In this document: piece after piece, positions 9,405-22,385 of the stretch
How the letters are laid out: each line of letters begins with the position of its first letter
Numbering within the stretch: the first letter of the stretch is position 1
Origin: Candidatus Eiseniibacteriota bacterium
GTDB lineage: Bacteria > Eisenbacteria > RBG-16-71-46
Length of the DNA: 64,000 bases
NCBI GenBank assembly: GCA_044223005.1
Contig: JBGAML010000001.1
Coordinates: forward strand, 384,001 to 448,000
Direction of reading: 5' to 3'
The notes under the pieces: generated by a model
The model's input: the letters and a program-made list of their open reading frames with translations, nothing else
Databases searched by the model: none
Told to the model about the DNA's origin: nothing
Program-made: the position numbers and the translations under genes

Positions 9405-9447
9405 CACGACGCCCCGCGCGGCCGGTCCGCGCGGGGCGTCGTGTTTT
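9405..9447 (+). terminator. Rho-independent terminator
   Basis: CACGACGCCCCGCGCGG-CCGGT-CCGCGCGGGGCGTCGTG followed by TTTT. Confidence 0.85.
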
Positions 9448-9457
9448 CGGGGCGCGC

Positions 9458-12124
<2,667 letters not shown>

Positions 12125-12294
12125 GAGGGACTCCGGGGGAATGCAGGGGACACGCACCGGCGGAGGCGCAACTCCGGCGGCGCGGGGGACTCGAACGATC
12201 CCCGGAGTTTCGGATCGTCCGCCGGGGCCTGAAGAGGGGGGCCGCGTCGCGCGCCCGCAGGCGCCGCAAATGCCGGGAAGTGCGTCGCGCCGCG

Positions 12295-12798
12295 TCAGCG
12301 GCGCGCGAGCAGGTCCGCCAGCGCCTGGCGATGCGCCTCGAACGCGATGTCCGCGGGCGGCGCGTGGAGCGGGAACCAGTCGGCCTCGATCGCATCGTCC
12401 CCCGGCGCCAGCGTCCCGCCTACCTGCTCGGCGCGGTAGAGGATCAGGATCGCGCGCACGCGCGGATCGTCGAAGCCCGCATAGACGTGGAACAGGCTCG
12501 TGAGCCGCACCTGCAGCCCGGTCTCCTCGAGCGTCTCGCGGATCGCGGACTCCTCGGGCGTCTCTCCCGCTTCCATGAAGCCGGCCGGGATGCACCACGA
12601 GCCGGCGCGGGGATCGAACTTGCGGCGCACGAGCAGCACGTGGCCGTCGCGCTCGAGCAGCACGCCGGCGGCCGGCACGGGGTTGCGGTACCAGATGAAG
12701 CCGCAGGCCGGGCACGTGGGCCGCAGGATGCCGTGCTCGGGCACGGGCGCGAGCGGGGTCGCGCAGCGCGGGCAGTAGTTGGGCTCGAGGAGGGACAT
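12295..12798 (-). CDS. NUDIX hydrolase with N-terminal zinc ribbon
   Basis: CPRC...CPAC; Nudix box GFMEAGETPEESAIRETLEETGL. Confidence 0.9.
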   Translation of the reverse strand: MSLLEPNYCPRCATPLAPVPEHGILRPTCPACGFIWYRNPVPAAGVLLERDGHVLLVRRKFDPRAGSWCIPAGFMEAGETPEESAIRETLEETGLQVRLTSLFHVYAGFDDPRVRAILILYRAEQVGGTLAPGDDAIEADWFPLHAPPADIAFEAHRQALADLLARR

Positions 12799-13022
12799 GG
12801 AACGCGCAGCTTATCGCGGCCGCGGCGCGGCGAGAAACGGCACGACGCCCGGTGGCTCTTCGCCACCGGGCGTCGCGCATTCACGGCCGCATCGTCGGGG
12901 ACGCCGCGCTGCACCTTCCCGCCGCAGACTTCGCCCCATGCTTCACCTTTCGGTGACGGCGGGTCGGACGACGCCCCCGGATGCGACCGTGATCGGTGCC
13001 CCAACCGTTCTACACGTCAGGG

Positions 13023-14144
13023 TCACTCGTGGTTCCGTTCCTCCAGCTGATGACGCAGATCGCGCAGCTGTTGGCGGAGTTCGTCGACCTGCTGGCGCAG
13101 GTCGTCGCGGTCGGTTCCGCGGTCGTCGCGAAGCCGGCCCATGTTCCCCATGTCCCCCATGCGGCCCCAGGCCTGTCCGCCTTCGCCGCGGAGGGTCCGC
13201 GGCGCGGGCTCCAACTGGGCCTCGACCGTGCGTCGCGTTCCCCGGCGCGACACCGTCAGCGAGACCCGGCCCTCGACGTCACGGAGCGCCCCGACGAGAC
13301 CCTCCGCGTCCTTCACGTCGTGGCCGTCCACGGCCACGATCACGTCCCCGGCCTTGAGGCCGGCCTTCTCGGCGGGCGTGCCGTCCATCACCTGCAGCAC
13401 CAGCACGCCCTCCGAACCACTCGTCCCGAGCGCCGACGCGAGGTCGGGGTTCAGCGACTCGATGCGCACGCCCAGCCGGCCGCGGCCGGCGCCGAGCGTC
13501 ATGACGCGGATGTCCTTGCCCATGCCCGGCATGCCGTGGCGGAACTGCCGCATGTTCTGCAGGTCGGGCAGCATCTTCCGGACGTCGTCGGGCAGGTCGT
13601 CGAGATCCTGCCCGTCGTACTCGCGCGTCACGCCGTCGCGGCTGATGCGGATGCGCACGTCGCGCTTGTCCTTCGAATCGTCGTCGCCGGGCGCGCGCGG
13701 CGCACGCGGGGCGTGCGGCGAAGCCGGCGGCTCGGGCGGCGACATGTCCTCGTCGGCCGGACGCGTGCCGAGGCGCACGTTGAGCGAACGGCGCTCGCCG
13801 GCGTGCACGATCGCGAGCGCGACTTCGTCGCCCTCGCGCGAATCGCCGACCAGGTCGGCCAGCGCGGACGGCGATTCCACCGAGCGCGAGTTGTAGCGGA
13901 GGATCACGTCCCCCTTGCGCAGGCCGGCGCGATCGGCCGGCCCGTCGTCGATGACGCTGTTGACGAGCACGCCCTGGGCGTCGGGCAGGCCGAGACCGTC
14001 GCGCAGCTCGGGCGTCACCTGCTGGGTGATCACGCCCAGCCAGGGCTTCGCCTGCGCCGCCTGGGCGTGCATCAGGGTGGGCGGAATGGTCAGCGTGAGG
14101 GCGAGGAGCGGCAGCAGCACTCCGCGCGGAAGCGTGGAAACCAT
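13023..14144 (-). CDS. Secreted double-PDZ protein with C-terminal coiled coil, no protease domain
   Basis: Signal peptide; KPWLGV...GPADRAGLRKGDVI; GRLGV...TPAEKAGLKAGDVI; tail DDLRQQVDELRQQLRDLR; RBS AGGAGG. Confidence 0.85.
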   Translation of the reverse strand: MVSTLPRGVLLPLLALTLTIPPTLMHAQAAQAKPWLGVITQQVTPELRDGLGLPDAQGVLVNSVIDDGPADRAGLRKGDVILRYNSRSVESPSALADLVGDSREGDEVALAIVHAGERRSLNVRLGTRPADEDMSPPEPPASPHAPRAPRAPGDDDSKDKRDVRIRISRDGVTREYDGQDLDDLPDDVRKMLPDLQNMRQFRHGMPGMGKDIRVMTLGAGRGRLGVRIESLNPDLASALGTSGSEGVLVLQVMDGTPAEKAGLKAGDVIVAVDGHDVKDAEGLVGALRDVEGRVSLTVSRRGTRRTVEAQLEPAPRTLRGEGGQAWGRMGDMGNMGRLRDDRGTDRDDLRQQVDELRQQLRDLRHQLEERNHE

Positions 14145-14280
14145 GGACGACCTCCTGGGAACGTCGTTCGGATCCTGGGCGGGGATCGCGTCGTGTGCAC
14201 TGCTCAGACAGTCGAACGGCGCGAAAGGTTCCGTCACGTTTTCGTGCGGTCCTTTCGCGCCGTCCGGGGCGCTCGTCGGG

Positions 14281-15477
14281 CTAGCGGGCGCGGTGGTGGT
14301 CCAGCCTCCGGCGCAGGTCGGCCACCTCCCGGCGCAGGTCCTCGACCTGGCGGCGAAGGTCCTCCCGGGAGCCGGGAGGCGGGACGGGGTCGGGGTTCCC
14401 GAACGAGTGGGCGGGCGCCGCCGGATCGGCGAACAGGAGGGTTTCGAGCTTCGCCGCCCAGTCGGGGTCCGACGGCTGTTCGATGGCCCGGCTGTACGTG
14501 GTCTCCCGGAGCGCGATGCCCTGCCGGAGCCGCTCCATCATCAGCGAGTCGTGTTCCGCCTCCCACGCGCGCATCGGGTCGCGCGGCCGGGGCGCGAGCG
14601 CGGCCTCGAGGTCGCGCCGCTGCGCGCCGCGCCAGATCGTGAGCCGGGCACGCGTGTCGAGCGGATTGAGATGCCCGTCGAGCGCGTCCGGCGAATCGAT
14701 CTCGCGGCCGTCGACGGCGGCGATCACGTCGCCGGCGAGCAGCCCCGCGGCGGCGGCGCGGGAGCCGGGGATCACCGCCACGACGAGCGCGCCGTGCGCC
14801 TGCGCGGCACCGAGCCGCGCCGCCATCTCCGCCTCGAGCGGTACCGTGCGCACGCCGAGCCGCACGCGCGCCGACTGCGCGCCGACGATCGCCGCGCGAT
14901 ACCCCAGCGCGAACTCGCCACCCGTTTCCAGGATCGCGAGCGCGCGATCCAGCGTCGCGTCGTCGAGCGACGCCGGGTCGCCCACCCAGTCGCGCTCGGT
15001 GCCGTCCGGCTCGCGGAACCGCAGGCGCGCGACGCGCCCGTTCCCGGTGTTCCGGAACTCTGCGCCCGCGAGGTCTGTGCGCGGCGCGAACTCCCCGGTG
15101 GTCGGCCACGGCGCAAGCGTCGCCGTCAGCTCCCGGCGCTGTCCCGCGCGCAGCCGCGCGATCGCGACGGCGTCGCCTTCACGCGCCGCGGCGATCGCGC
15201 CGATCAGGTCGTGCGTCGTACCGACGTCCTTGCCTCGGAAGCGCAGGACGACGTCATCCTTCCGGAGTCCCGCGCGCTCGGCCGGGCCGCCGTCGATCAC
15301 ACGAACGACCCGCACGCCGCGCCCGGGCGCGAGCCCGAGGCTGTCGCGCTGCCGGCTCGAGAGCTCGGCGAGCTGCACGCCCAGCCACGGCCGCGCGACC
15401 GCGCGCGGGGGCGCCGCGGTGAGCGCGAGCATCGTCGCGAGGAGTGCGAACCCCGCCGCGTGGACCCGACGTCGCAT
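14281..15477 (-). CDS. Paralogous secreted double-PDZ protein with C-terminal coiled coil
   Basis: Same layout as the neighbour: RPWLGV, GPAERAGLRKDDVV, RLGV, AGLLAGDVI, EDLRRQVEDLRREVADLR; RBS AGGAGG. Confidence 0.8.
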   Translation of the reverse strand: MRRRVHAAGFALLATMLALTAAPPRAVARPWLGVQLAELSSRQRDSLGLAPGRGVRVVRVIDGGPAERAGLRKDDVVLRFRGKDVGTTHDLIGAIAAAREGDAVAIARLRAGQRRELTATLAPWPTTGEFAPRTDLAGAEFRNTGNGRVARLRFREPDGTERDWVGDPASLDDATLDRALAILETGGEFALGYRAAIVGAQSARVRLGVRTVPLEAEMAARLGAAQAHGALVVAVIPGSRAAAAGLLAGDVIAAVDGREIDSPDALDGHLNPLDTRARLTIWRGAQRRDLEAALAPRPRDPMRAWEAEHDSLMMERLRQGIALRETTYSRAIEQPSDPDWAAKLETLLFADPAAPAHSFGNPDPVPPPGSREDLRRQVEDLRREVADLRRRLDHHRAR

Positions 15478-15615
15478 GGAAACCTCCTGTGCTAACTTGG
15501 GCACGATTTCCCGGTTCCGCGTCGGGGGACGGCCCTCAGGGTCTCACGAGACGCCCCGATCGCGCCCGGCCGTCGTTCTCCCACCCGCCGACACGCCCCC
15601 AATCTTGACGAGGCC

Positions 15616-16992
15616 ATGAAGCCCCGAGAGCCCCTGACGCTGGAGATCGAGGACCTCGCCCTGGGCGGCAAGGCCCTCGGGCGGCACGAAGGCCGTGTCG
15701 TGTTCGTGGACCGCGGCCTGCCCGGCGATCGTGTGATCGCGAGCCCCACCAAGGTCAAGCGCAGCTTCGCCGAAGCGCGCCTCGTCTCGATCGAGCGCCC
15801 CGCGCCGGGGCGGCTCGCGCCGAAGTGCGTGCACGTGGACCAGTGCGGCGGCTGCCGGCTGCAGGAACTGCCCTACGCCGAGCAGTGCCGGTTCAAGGAG
15901 AAGCAGGTCGCCGACACGCTGCGCCACCTGGGCGGCGTCGCCGCGCCGGTCGTGCACGCGCTCGTGCCCGCACCCGCGCCGTGGCACTACCGCAACAAGA
16001 TGGAGTTCAGCTTCATGCGCGCCGCCGACGGCGCGCCCGTGCTCGGCCTGCACGAGCGCGGCACGTTCGACCGCGTGTTCGAGCAGCGCGAGTGCTGGCT
16101 GGCTTCGCCGCTCACGCTCGAGATCGTGCGCCTCACGCAGTCCTTCGCGCGCGAGCACGGCTGGGTCGCCTACCACCCCGCGCGCCTCGACGGCGTCGCG
16201 CGCTTCCTGATGGTGCGCCACCTGCCGCTCACCGCCGAGTGCGCCGTGCACCTGATCGCATCCTCGGACCAGCTGCCGGGGCTCGCCGACTGGGCGCGCG
16301 CGGTGGCCGCGCTCTCGCCCGAGGTGAAGACGGTGACGCTGGGGATCAACGCCTCGCGCGCCAACGTCGCGGTGATGGAACGCGAGATCGTGCTCGCCGG
16401 CGGCGGCTCGATCGTCGAGAAGCTGCTCGGGCTCGAGTTCGAGGTCGTGGGCAACGCGTTCCTGCAGACCAACAGCGCGCAGGCCGAGACGCTCTACACG
16501 CTCGCGCTCGAGGCCGCCGCGCTGCAGGGCGACGAGACGGTGCTCGACCTCTACTGCGGCGCCGGCACGCTGACGCTGCTGTTCGCGCGCGCGGCGAAGA
16601 CGGCCGTGGGCGTCGAGACGGTGCCGGACGCGATCGATCGCGCGCGCCGCAATGCCGAGCGCAACGGCCTGCCGCACGTCCGCTTCGAGTGCGGCGAGGC
16701 GCGCCAGATCCTGCGCGAGTGGGCGCGCGGCGAGCGCGCCGGCGCGGTGAAGCCGGACGTGGTCGTGGTCGACCCGCCGCGCGCGGGGTTGCATCCGCGC
16801 GTCGTGGCGCGCTGCGCCGAACTCACTCCCCGGCGGATCGTCTACGTGTCCTGCAACCCGGCCACGCTGGCGCGGGACGTGAAGGACTTCGCCGCGCTGG
16901 GCTACGCGCTGCGCGACGTGACGCCGGTCGACATGTTCCCGCACACGCCGCACATCGAGTGCGTGGCCCGGCTGGAGCCCGCCGGGGCCTGA
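15616..16992 (+). CDS. rlmD: 23S rRNA (uracil1939-C5)-methyltransferase RlmD/RumA
   Basis: TRAM domain, CxxxxxCGGC Fe-S motif, YRNK, FLQTN, DLYCGAG, DPPRAG, YVSCNP, DMFPHTPHIE. Confidence 0.92.
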   Translation: MKPREPLTLEIEDLALGGKALGRHEGRVVFVDRGLPGDRVIASPTKVKRSFAEARLVSIERPAPGRLAPKCVHVDQCGGCRLQELPYAEQCRFKEKQVADTLRHLGGVAAPVVHALVPAPAPWHYRNKMEFSFMRAADGAPVLGLHERGTFDRVFEQRECWLASPLTLEIVRLTQSFAREHGWVAYHPARLDGVARFLMVRHLPLTAECAVHLIASSDQLPGLADWARAVAALSPEVKTVTLGINASRANVAVMEREIVLAGGGSIVEKLLGLEFEVVGNAFLQTNSAQAETLYTLALEAAALQGDETVLDLYCGAGTLTLLFARAAKTAVGVETVPDAIDRARRNAERNGLPHVRFECGEARQILREWARGERAGAVKPDVVVVDPPRAGLHPRVVARCAELTPRRIVYVSCNPATLARDVKDFAALGYALRDVTPVDMFPHTPHIECVARLEPAGA

Positions 16993-17008
16993 CGCACGCG
17001 CGGGCCCG

Positions 17009-17467
17009 TCAGTCGGCGAGCCCCGTGATCTGCACCTGCACGATGCGCCACCGCCCGTCGCGGCGGACGTACGTGTCCGTATAGCGGTAGTGCGTGCGGA
17101 ACTCCTTGCCGTCGTAGTGCCCGCTCATGCGCGTGCTGCCGGTGAGGAGCGCGGCGTCGCCGTAGAGGCGGACTTCGAAGTCCTCGACCGTATACGGGTC
17201 GATCGTGAGCTTGGGGTCGAGCAGGTCCGTCACGAATTCGGCCTTCGCCGACACGTCGCCGCGGCGGTCGATCTGGCGGAAGTCGTCGGCCATGTTGGCC
17301 TCGATCGCCGCGCGGTCCTTGCGCACGATGGCCGCGTCCCAGGCGTCGGCCTGCGCGCGCAGCACCGCGCGGTCGGAACGCGTGTCGCGGACGTCGACGT
17401 GGGCGCAGCCGGCGAGGGCCACGAGCGGGAGCGCGAGCAGCCAGGCGGGACGGATCGTTCGGGACAT
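17009..17467 (-). CDS. NTF2-like (DUF4440/SnoaL-like) lipoprotein
   Basis: Lipobox LAGC; ADDF...G...K.EF; VRLYGDAA; YTDTYVRRDGRWRIV. Confidence 0.85.
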   Translation of the reverse strand: MSRTIRPAWLLALPLVALAGCAHVDVRDTRSDRAVLRAQADAWDAAIVRKDRAAIEANMADDFRQIDRRGDVSAKAEFVTDLLDPKLTIDPYTVEDFEVRLYGDAALLTGSTRMSGHYDGKEFRTHYRYTDTYVRRDGRWRIVQVQITGLAD

Positions 17468-17629
17468 GCGGCTCCTCCTCGGGAGACGAGGGCCGGCCCG
17501 GTCGCGTACGGCCGTCGCGACCCGCGCGGGGCGGCACGCCGGGACCCTCCGCGCGGTGCATACCCGAGCCGGGCGGGCTTGTCACGCGGCTCACGGACCC
17601 GGCCCGCCCCTGTGCTACGATTTTCCGTC

Positions 17630-18481
17630 ATGAACGCCACCACGCGCGCCCTCGTCGCGGGCGCCCTGCTCGTCGCGACGCTCGCCCCCATCACGTTCGC
17701 CCAGTCGCCCACGACCCAGACGCTCGACCAGGGCCGGCTCGTCGTCTACAGCCACGACCGCCCGGTCGCCTCCGAGCGCTTCCGCTGGGACCAGGGCGGC
17801 GATTCGATCACCGTGATCGCCATCGCGACGCGGCAGGGCCGCAAGAGCGACGGTACGGTCGTCGACTTCGAGAAGAGCATGCAGCTCGTGATGAACGCGA
17901 ACGACTTCGGGATGACGAACTACATCTCGAACGAATCGAGCGGTGGCCCGTTGATCGTCCGCAGCATCCTCCCCGGCGACACGGCGCTGACGGTCTACAC
18001 CGAGGTCGCGGGCAAGACGGGCGACGCGGTGAAGCTCGTGCGTCCGCCCGGGCGCATCTTCGCGATGGATGCCGGCCTCTTCACGCTGTTCGACGTCATC
18101 GGCCGCAGCCTGCACGGCCGGCTGTACGGCCCGCGCCCCGTCGGCGTGGTCACGCTGAGCCACGAGCCGAACACGTCCGAGATCCAGGCCGCGCCCGCCG
18201 CGCCGGACACGGTGCGCTGGGAGGGCAAGCGGATCCTCGCCGAACGCATCGCGCTCGCCGACTCGACGTCCGCGTGGACGATGTGGCTCTCGCCCGAGGG
18301 GCACCTGCTGCGGCTGCAGAACGACGAGGCCGGCCTCGTGGTGATGCGCGATCCGGCACCGCAGGCCGTTCCGCGCCGCGGGCCGAAGCCGGCGCCGAAG
18401 CCGGTGCCGCCCCGGCCCGCGCCGGCGCCGCCGGTGAAGGGCGCGCTGCCGAAGGCGACGCCGAAGCCCGCCGCGCACTGA
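17630..18481 (+). CDS. Secreted hypothetical beta-rich protein with Pro/Lys-rich tail
   Basis: Signal peptide (..ITFA-Q); GC3-rich codons; W.SPEGHLLRL; tail PKPAPKPVPPRP. Confidence 0.7.
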   Translation: MNATTRALVAGALLVATLAPITFAQSPTTQTLDQGRLVVYSHDRPVASERFRWDQGGDSITVIAIATRQGRKSDGTVVDFEKSMQLVMNANDFGMTNYISNESSGGPLIVRSILPGDTALTVYTEVAGKTGDAVKLVRPPGRIFAMDAGLFTLFDVIGRSLHGRLYGPRPVGVVTLSHEPNTSEIQAAPAAPDTVRWEGKRILAERIALADSTSAWTMWLSPEGHLLRLQNDEAGLVVMRDPAPQAVPRRGPKPAPKPVPPRPAPAPPVKGALPKATPKPAAH

Positions 18482-18491
18482 CGCGCGCGCG

Positions 18492-19994
18492 TCAGCGCGC
18501 GCGCGTCTCCAGCCAGCGCACGAGCAACCGCAGCCCGAACGCGTTCGCCCCGCGCGCCGAGTCGGGGCGCGATTCGTACGTCCACGCGGTGCTCGCGATG
18601 TCGAGGTGCGCCCAGCGCAGCCCGCGCGCGAACTGTTCGAGGAACGCCGCCGCGACGCACGACCCGCCCTCGGGGCGCTCGGTCGAGTTGACGAGGTCGG
18701 CGGTGTCGCGCGCCTTGAGCTCGGCGGCGTAGTCGTCCCAGAGTGGCATGCGCCAGAGCCGCTCGCCCACGGCCTCGCCCGCCGCCACCAGCTCCTTCGC
18801 GAACGCGTCGTCGCGCGTGAAGAGGCCCGCGGCGGCGCGGCCGAGCGCGACGGTGATCGCGCCGGTCAGCGTCGCGAGATCGACCACGGCCTCGGGCTGG
18901 AAGCGCTTCGCGTAGCCGAGCGCGTCGGCGAGCAGCAGCCGGCCCTCGGCGTCGGTGTTGGTGACCTCGATCGACGTGCCGCCGAGCGCCCGCACGACGT
19001 CGCCGGGCTTCATCGCGCGATCGCTCACCATGTTCTCGGCGCTGGGGATCAGGCCGACGAGCCGCACGGGCAGATCGAGCGTGGGCAGCGACGCGAAGAG
19101 CCCGAGCACCACCGCGGCGCCGGACATGTCGTACTTCATGCGCCCCATGCCGTCGCGCGGCTTGAGCGAGTAGCCGCCGGTGTCGAACGTGACGCCCTTG
19201 CCGATCACCACGATCGTCGGGACCTTCGCGCCGCGCCGCGACGTCTTCGCGGGCGCGTGCTCGAGCACGACGAAGCGCGGCGGGTGCACGCTGCCGCGGC
19301 CCACCGCGAGCGTGCAGCCCATGCCGAGCCGCTCCATCGCTTCCGGGTCGAGCACGGTGCAGCGCGCGCCCACGTGCTTCGCGATCTCCTGCGCGCGCGC
19401 GGCGAGCTGCGCGGGCACGAGGTCCTGCCCGGGCGTGTTCGCGAGATCGCGCGCGAGGCACACGGCCTCGCCGCGCGTGGCGCCCGCGGCGACCGCGTCC
19501 GCGGCCGCGCGCGAAGCGGCCACCGGCAGCAGCACGTCGGCTCGATCGAGCGGCGGCTTCGCGTCGCTGCGGTACGCGGCCCAGCGGTGGTGCCCGAGCA
19601 GCACGCCCTCGGCGATCGCGGTGAGCTCGACCTCCGGCGGCGCCGCGCCGTCGGCGTCGAGCGCGAGCGCGAGCGTGCCCGCGCCGAGGTCGCGCGCGCG
19701 CCGCGCCGCCGCGGCGGCCGCGAGGCGCAGGCGCTGCGGCGCGCGATCGGCCGCGGGGCCGAGGCCCACGAGCAGCACGCGCTTCGCCTTCACGCCGCGC
19801 GGGTGCAGCAGCGCGGTCTCGCCCGCGCGACCGCGGAAGTCGCCCGCGGCGAGCTCCGCCGCGACCGCGCCGCGCGTCGCGCGGTCGAGGCGCTTCGCGG
19901 CGCCACCCGCGCGCGGCGTTCCCTCGTGCACGCCCACGGCGAGGAGCCCCGCCGCCTTCGTCGCCAGGTCCGCCCGGCGCACCGTCACGTCCAT
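18492..19994 (-). CDS. pepA: Leucyl aminopeptidase (M17)
   Basis: GKGVTFDTGGYSLKP, MKYDMSG, NTDAEGRL, DLATLTGA, HLDIA; RBS GGAGG. Confidence 0.95.
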   Translation of the reverse strand: MDVTVRRADLATKAAGLLAVGVHEGTPRAGGAAKRLDRATRGAVAAELAAGDFRGRAGETALLHPRGVKAKRVLLVGLGPAADRAPQRLRLAAAAAARRARDLGAGTLALALDADGAAPPEVELTAIAEGVLLGHHRWAAYRSDAKPPLDRADVLLPVAASRAAADAVAAGATRGEAVCLARDLANTPGQDLVPAQLAARAQEIAKHVGARCTVLDPEAMERLGMGCTLAVGRGSVHPPRFVVLEHAPAKTSRRGAKVPTIVVIGKGVTFDTGGYSLKPRDGMGRMKYDMSGAAVVLGLFASLPTLDLPVRLVGLIPSAENMVSDRAMKPGDVVRALGGTSIEVTNTDAEGRLLLADALGYAKRFQPEAVVDLATLTGAITVALGRAAAGLFTRDDAFAKELVAAGEAVGERLWRMPLWDDYAAELKARDTADLVNSTERPEGGSCVAAAFLEQFARGLRWAHLDIASTAWTYESRPDSARGANAFGLRLLVRWLETRAR

Positions 19995-20241
19995 GTCGCC
20001 TCCCGATTCGCACCACGGCACGCGCCCGAGCACGCGCGCATGTAAGGTTTTCGCCACGTTACGCCGCCCGGAGCGCTCCGGCCAGCCATGCGGGCGTGAT
20101 TTCGTGCCCGAAACGCTTGCGCGGACCGTCGCAGGACGGCATTCTCCCCGCCGGATTCGCACCCCCCGCGAGCCCGATGCTCCCGCTGTGCCGGCCCCAA
20201 TGCCCGGCATGGATGCCGTGGCAATCCGCAATGGAGGAACC

Positions 20242-21036
20242 ATGATGCTTCGTCGCTCTCTCGCCACCTGCGCCGCCCTCTTCGCCATCGCGCTCCTGCT
20301 CTCGGGCTGCGGCAACAAGACCGCCCAGAACGGCGCGGCCACCAGCGACAGCCTGCTCGCGTCGAGCCCGGTCGAGCAGCCGCAGGGCCAGATCGAGCCG
20401 CAGCAGGGCATGCCGGCCGGCGACACCACGCAGGCGGCGCCCGCGCCCGCGGCGACGACGCCTCCGGCCGAAACGAGCAAGCCGAAGTCGACGCCGAAGC
20501 CCAAGCCGGCTCCGGCGCCCGCGCCGACCGCGACCGTGCCCGCCGGCACCGGCCTCAAGATCACGATGAACGAGCGCCTCAACTCCGAGACCGCCACCGC
20601 CGGCCAGGCGTGGACGGGCAAGCTCGACGAGGCGATCACGATCGGTTCGGCCGCGCCGTTCCCGGCCGGCAGCACGGTGCACGGCGTCGTCGAGGGCGTG
20701 AGCGGCGCGGCCAAGGGTTCGCGCGCGTACCTCGTGCTGCGCGTGACCTCGATCGAGTCCAACGGCACGATGCACGACATCAGCGCGTCGGCGGACAGCA
20801 TGATCGCCGGCTCGACCACGAAGCGGAACCTCGGCGCGATCGCCGGTGGCGCCGCGGCGGGCGCGCTGCTCGGCAAGGCCGTCGGCGGCACGGGCAAGAG
20901 CGCGGTGATCGGCGGCATCCTGGGCGGCGCCGCCGCCACGGGCGCCGTCGCGGCGTCGAAGGGTTTCCAGGTCGACGTGCCGCAGGGCAAGTCGCTCATC
21001 TTCAAGGTCGATCACGACACGAAGGTGAAGCTCTAG
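20242..21036 (+). CDS. Lipoprotein with Pro/Ala/Thr-rich linker, beta domain and glycine zipper
   Basis: Lipobox LSGC; PAGT.L.I...E.L.S; GAIAGGAAAGALLG...GGILGGAAATG; RBS GGAGG. Confidence 0.8.
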   Translation: MMLRRSLATCAALFAIALLLSGCGNKTAQNGAATSDSLLASSPVEQPQGQIEPQQGMPAGDTTQAAPAPAATTPPAETSKPKSTPKPKPAPAPAPTATVPAGTGLKITMNERLNSETATAGQAWTGKLDEAITIGSAAPFPAGSTVHGVVEGVSGAAKGSRAYLVLRVTSIESNGTMHDISASADSMIAGSTTKRNLGAIAGGAAAGALLGKAVGGTGKSAVIGGILGGAAATGAVAASKGFQVDVPQGKSLIFKVDHDTKVKL

Positions 21037-21338
21037 GCTCATCGCGAGTCGCCGCGCGGCGCCGCCGCGTGGCCGCAGGATCCGCGCGGGCGCGGCACCG
21101 GACCGGTGCCGCGCCCGTCGTGCAGGTGCCCCGAGGCGTACCGCGCCCCACTCGGGTTGAACGTCCCGGTACACCCCGGCGGCGCGCGAGAAGGCTCGCT
21201 CGTTGTGGCGCAACGCGTTGCGCCGACCGCAATTGTGGCACGCGCGGTGCTCTCCCTCCTGCCGTCACCGCCACACCCCCACGCCGTACACCACCCGACG
21301 GCCCGCCCGTGGGCACGTCCGCAACGCCGGAGGTTCAC

Positions 21339-22310
21339 TTGAACAAGCGACATCTCGTGATTGCACTGGGCCTCTTCGTCGCGCTCGCGGCCGTCGCCGG
21401 CTGCGGGAAGGCGAGCAAGCCCGCTTCGCCGCTCGGCACGAATGTCGGCGGCAACAACGGCGCGACCGCGGTCGACGTGGCGCAGGTCAGCGACCAGATC
21501 GCGTCGAACCCGGCGCTGATCGACGAAGGCCTCTTCGCCAGTACCGACGCGATGAACATGACGCTCGGCGCGGGCGGCGCCTCGATCATCCGGCCGATCC
21601 GCTGGTGGCGGACGGCGGACTCGATCAGCCGCGCGGTGGACGTGGTGTACGGCGACCCGGATTCGACCGGCCGCCCGACGACCGCCGTCGCGACCATCAC
21701 CAAGCGCTACATCGGCCAGTTCAACATCCTCGCCGGCGACACGGGCGTCGCGGCGATCCACGACTCGCTCCGCATCGTGCGCAAGCCGCTCGACGACACG
21801 TGGGTGCGCAAGCTCGCGTTCCGGCGCTTCCGCGTCGACTCGACCACCGACAGCTCCGGCACCACGACGGTGCACGTGAACTGGCGCATCGTCGGCACGT
21901 CGGGCGTGCAGGTCACGTCGGCGAACGCCACGACGCACATCCAGTCGATCCGCATCCAGGCGGGCGCGAAGGACACGACGATCACCGACCCGCTCGAGCT
22001 GCACCGCCTGCGCCGGATCCTGTGGCTGCCGTCGGACACGCCGGTGACGATCACCGTCTCGACCGGCCGTGCGAGTGACGTGGTCGTGCTCTTCCACAAC
22101 GTGGAGCGCCGCCGGTTCGTCTCGAACGGCGACGGCACCTTCACGATCCAGTTCAAGGACCTGGACTTCCCGGGCCTGCGCCACTTCGGCGTGAACGCCT
22201 TCTCCGCGGGCACGCTGCTGGACGACACGGAGCCGTACGATTCACAGGCGTGGCTGCTGCCGTTCGCGGTGCGCGACCACGATTGCGACGTCGATCGGGG
22301 ACATCACTAG
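21339..22310 (+). CDS. Hypothetical lipoprotein
   Basis: TTG start after GGAGG; lipobox VAGC; strong coding-like GC3 bias. Confidence 0.75.
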   Translation: MNKRHLVIALGLFVALAAVAGCGKASKPASPLGTNVGGNNGATAVDVAQVSDQIASNPALIDEGLFASTDAMNMTLGAGGASIIRPIRWWRTADSISRAVDVVYGDPDSTGRPTTAVATITKRYIGQFNILAGDTGVAAIHDSLRIVRKPLDDTWVRKLAFRRFRVDSTTDSSGTTTVHVNWRIVGTSGVQVTSANATTHIQSIRIQAGAKDTTITDPLELHRLRRILWLPSDTPVTITVSTGRASDVVVLFHNVERRRFVSNGDGTFTIQFKDLDFPGLRHFGVNAFSAGTLLDDTEPYDSQAWLLPFAVRDHDCDVDRGHH

Positions 22311-22333
22311 CTTCGCAGCCTGTCCCCCGACGA

Positions 22334-22366
22334 GCGGGCGGCTTCCCATGGGAGGCCGCCCGTTTC
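22334..22366. terminator. Hairpin terminator between convergent genes
   Basis: GCGGGCGGCTTCCC-AT-GGGAGGCCGCCCGT followed by TTC. Confidence 0.7.
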
Positions 22367-22385
22367 GCGTTCCGGTGCGGCGCGC

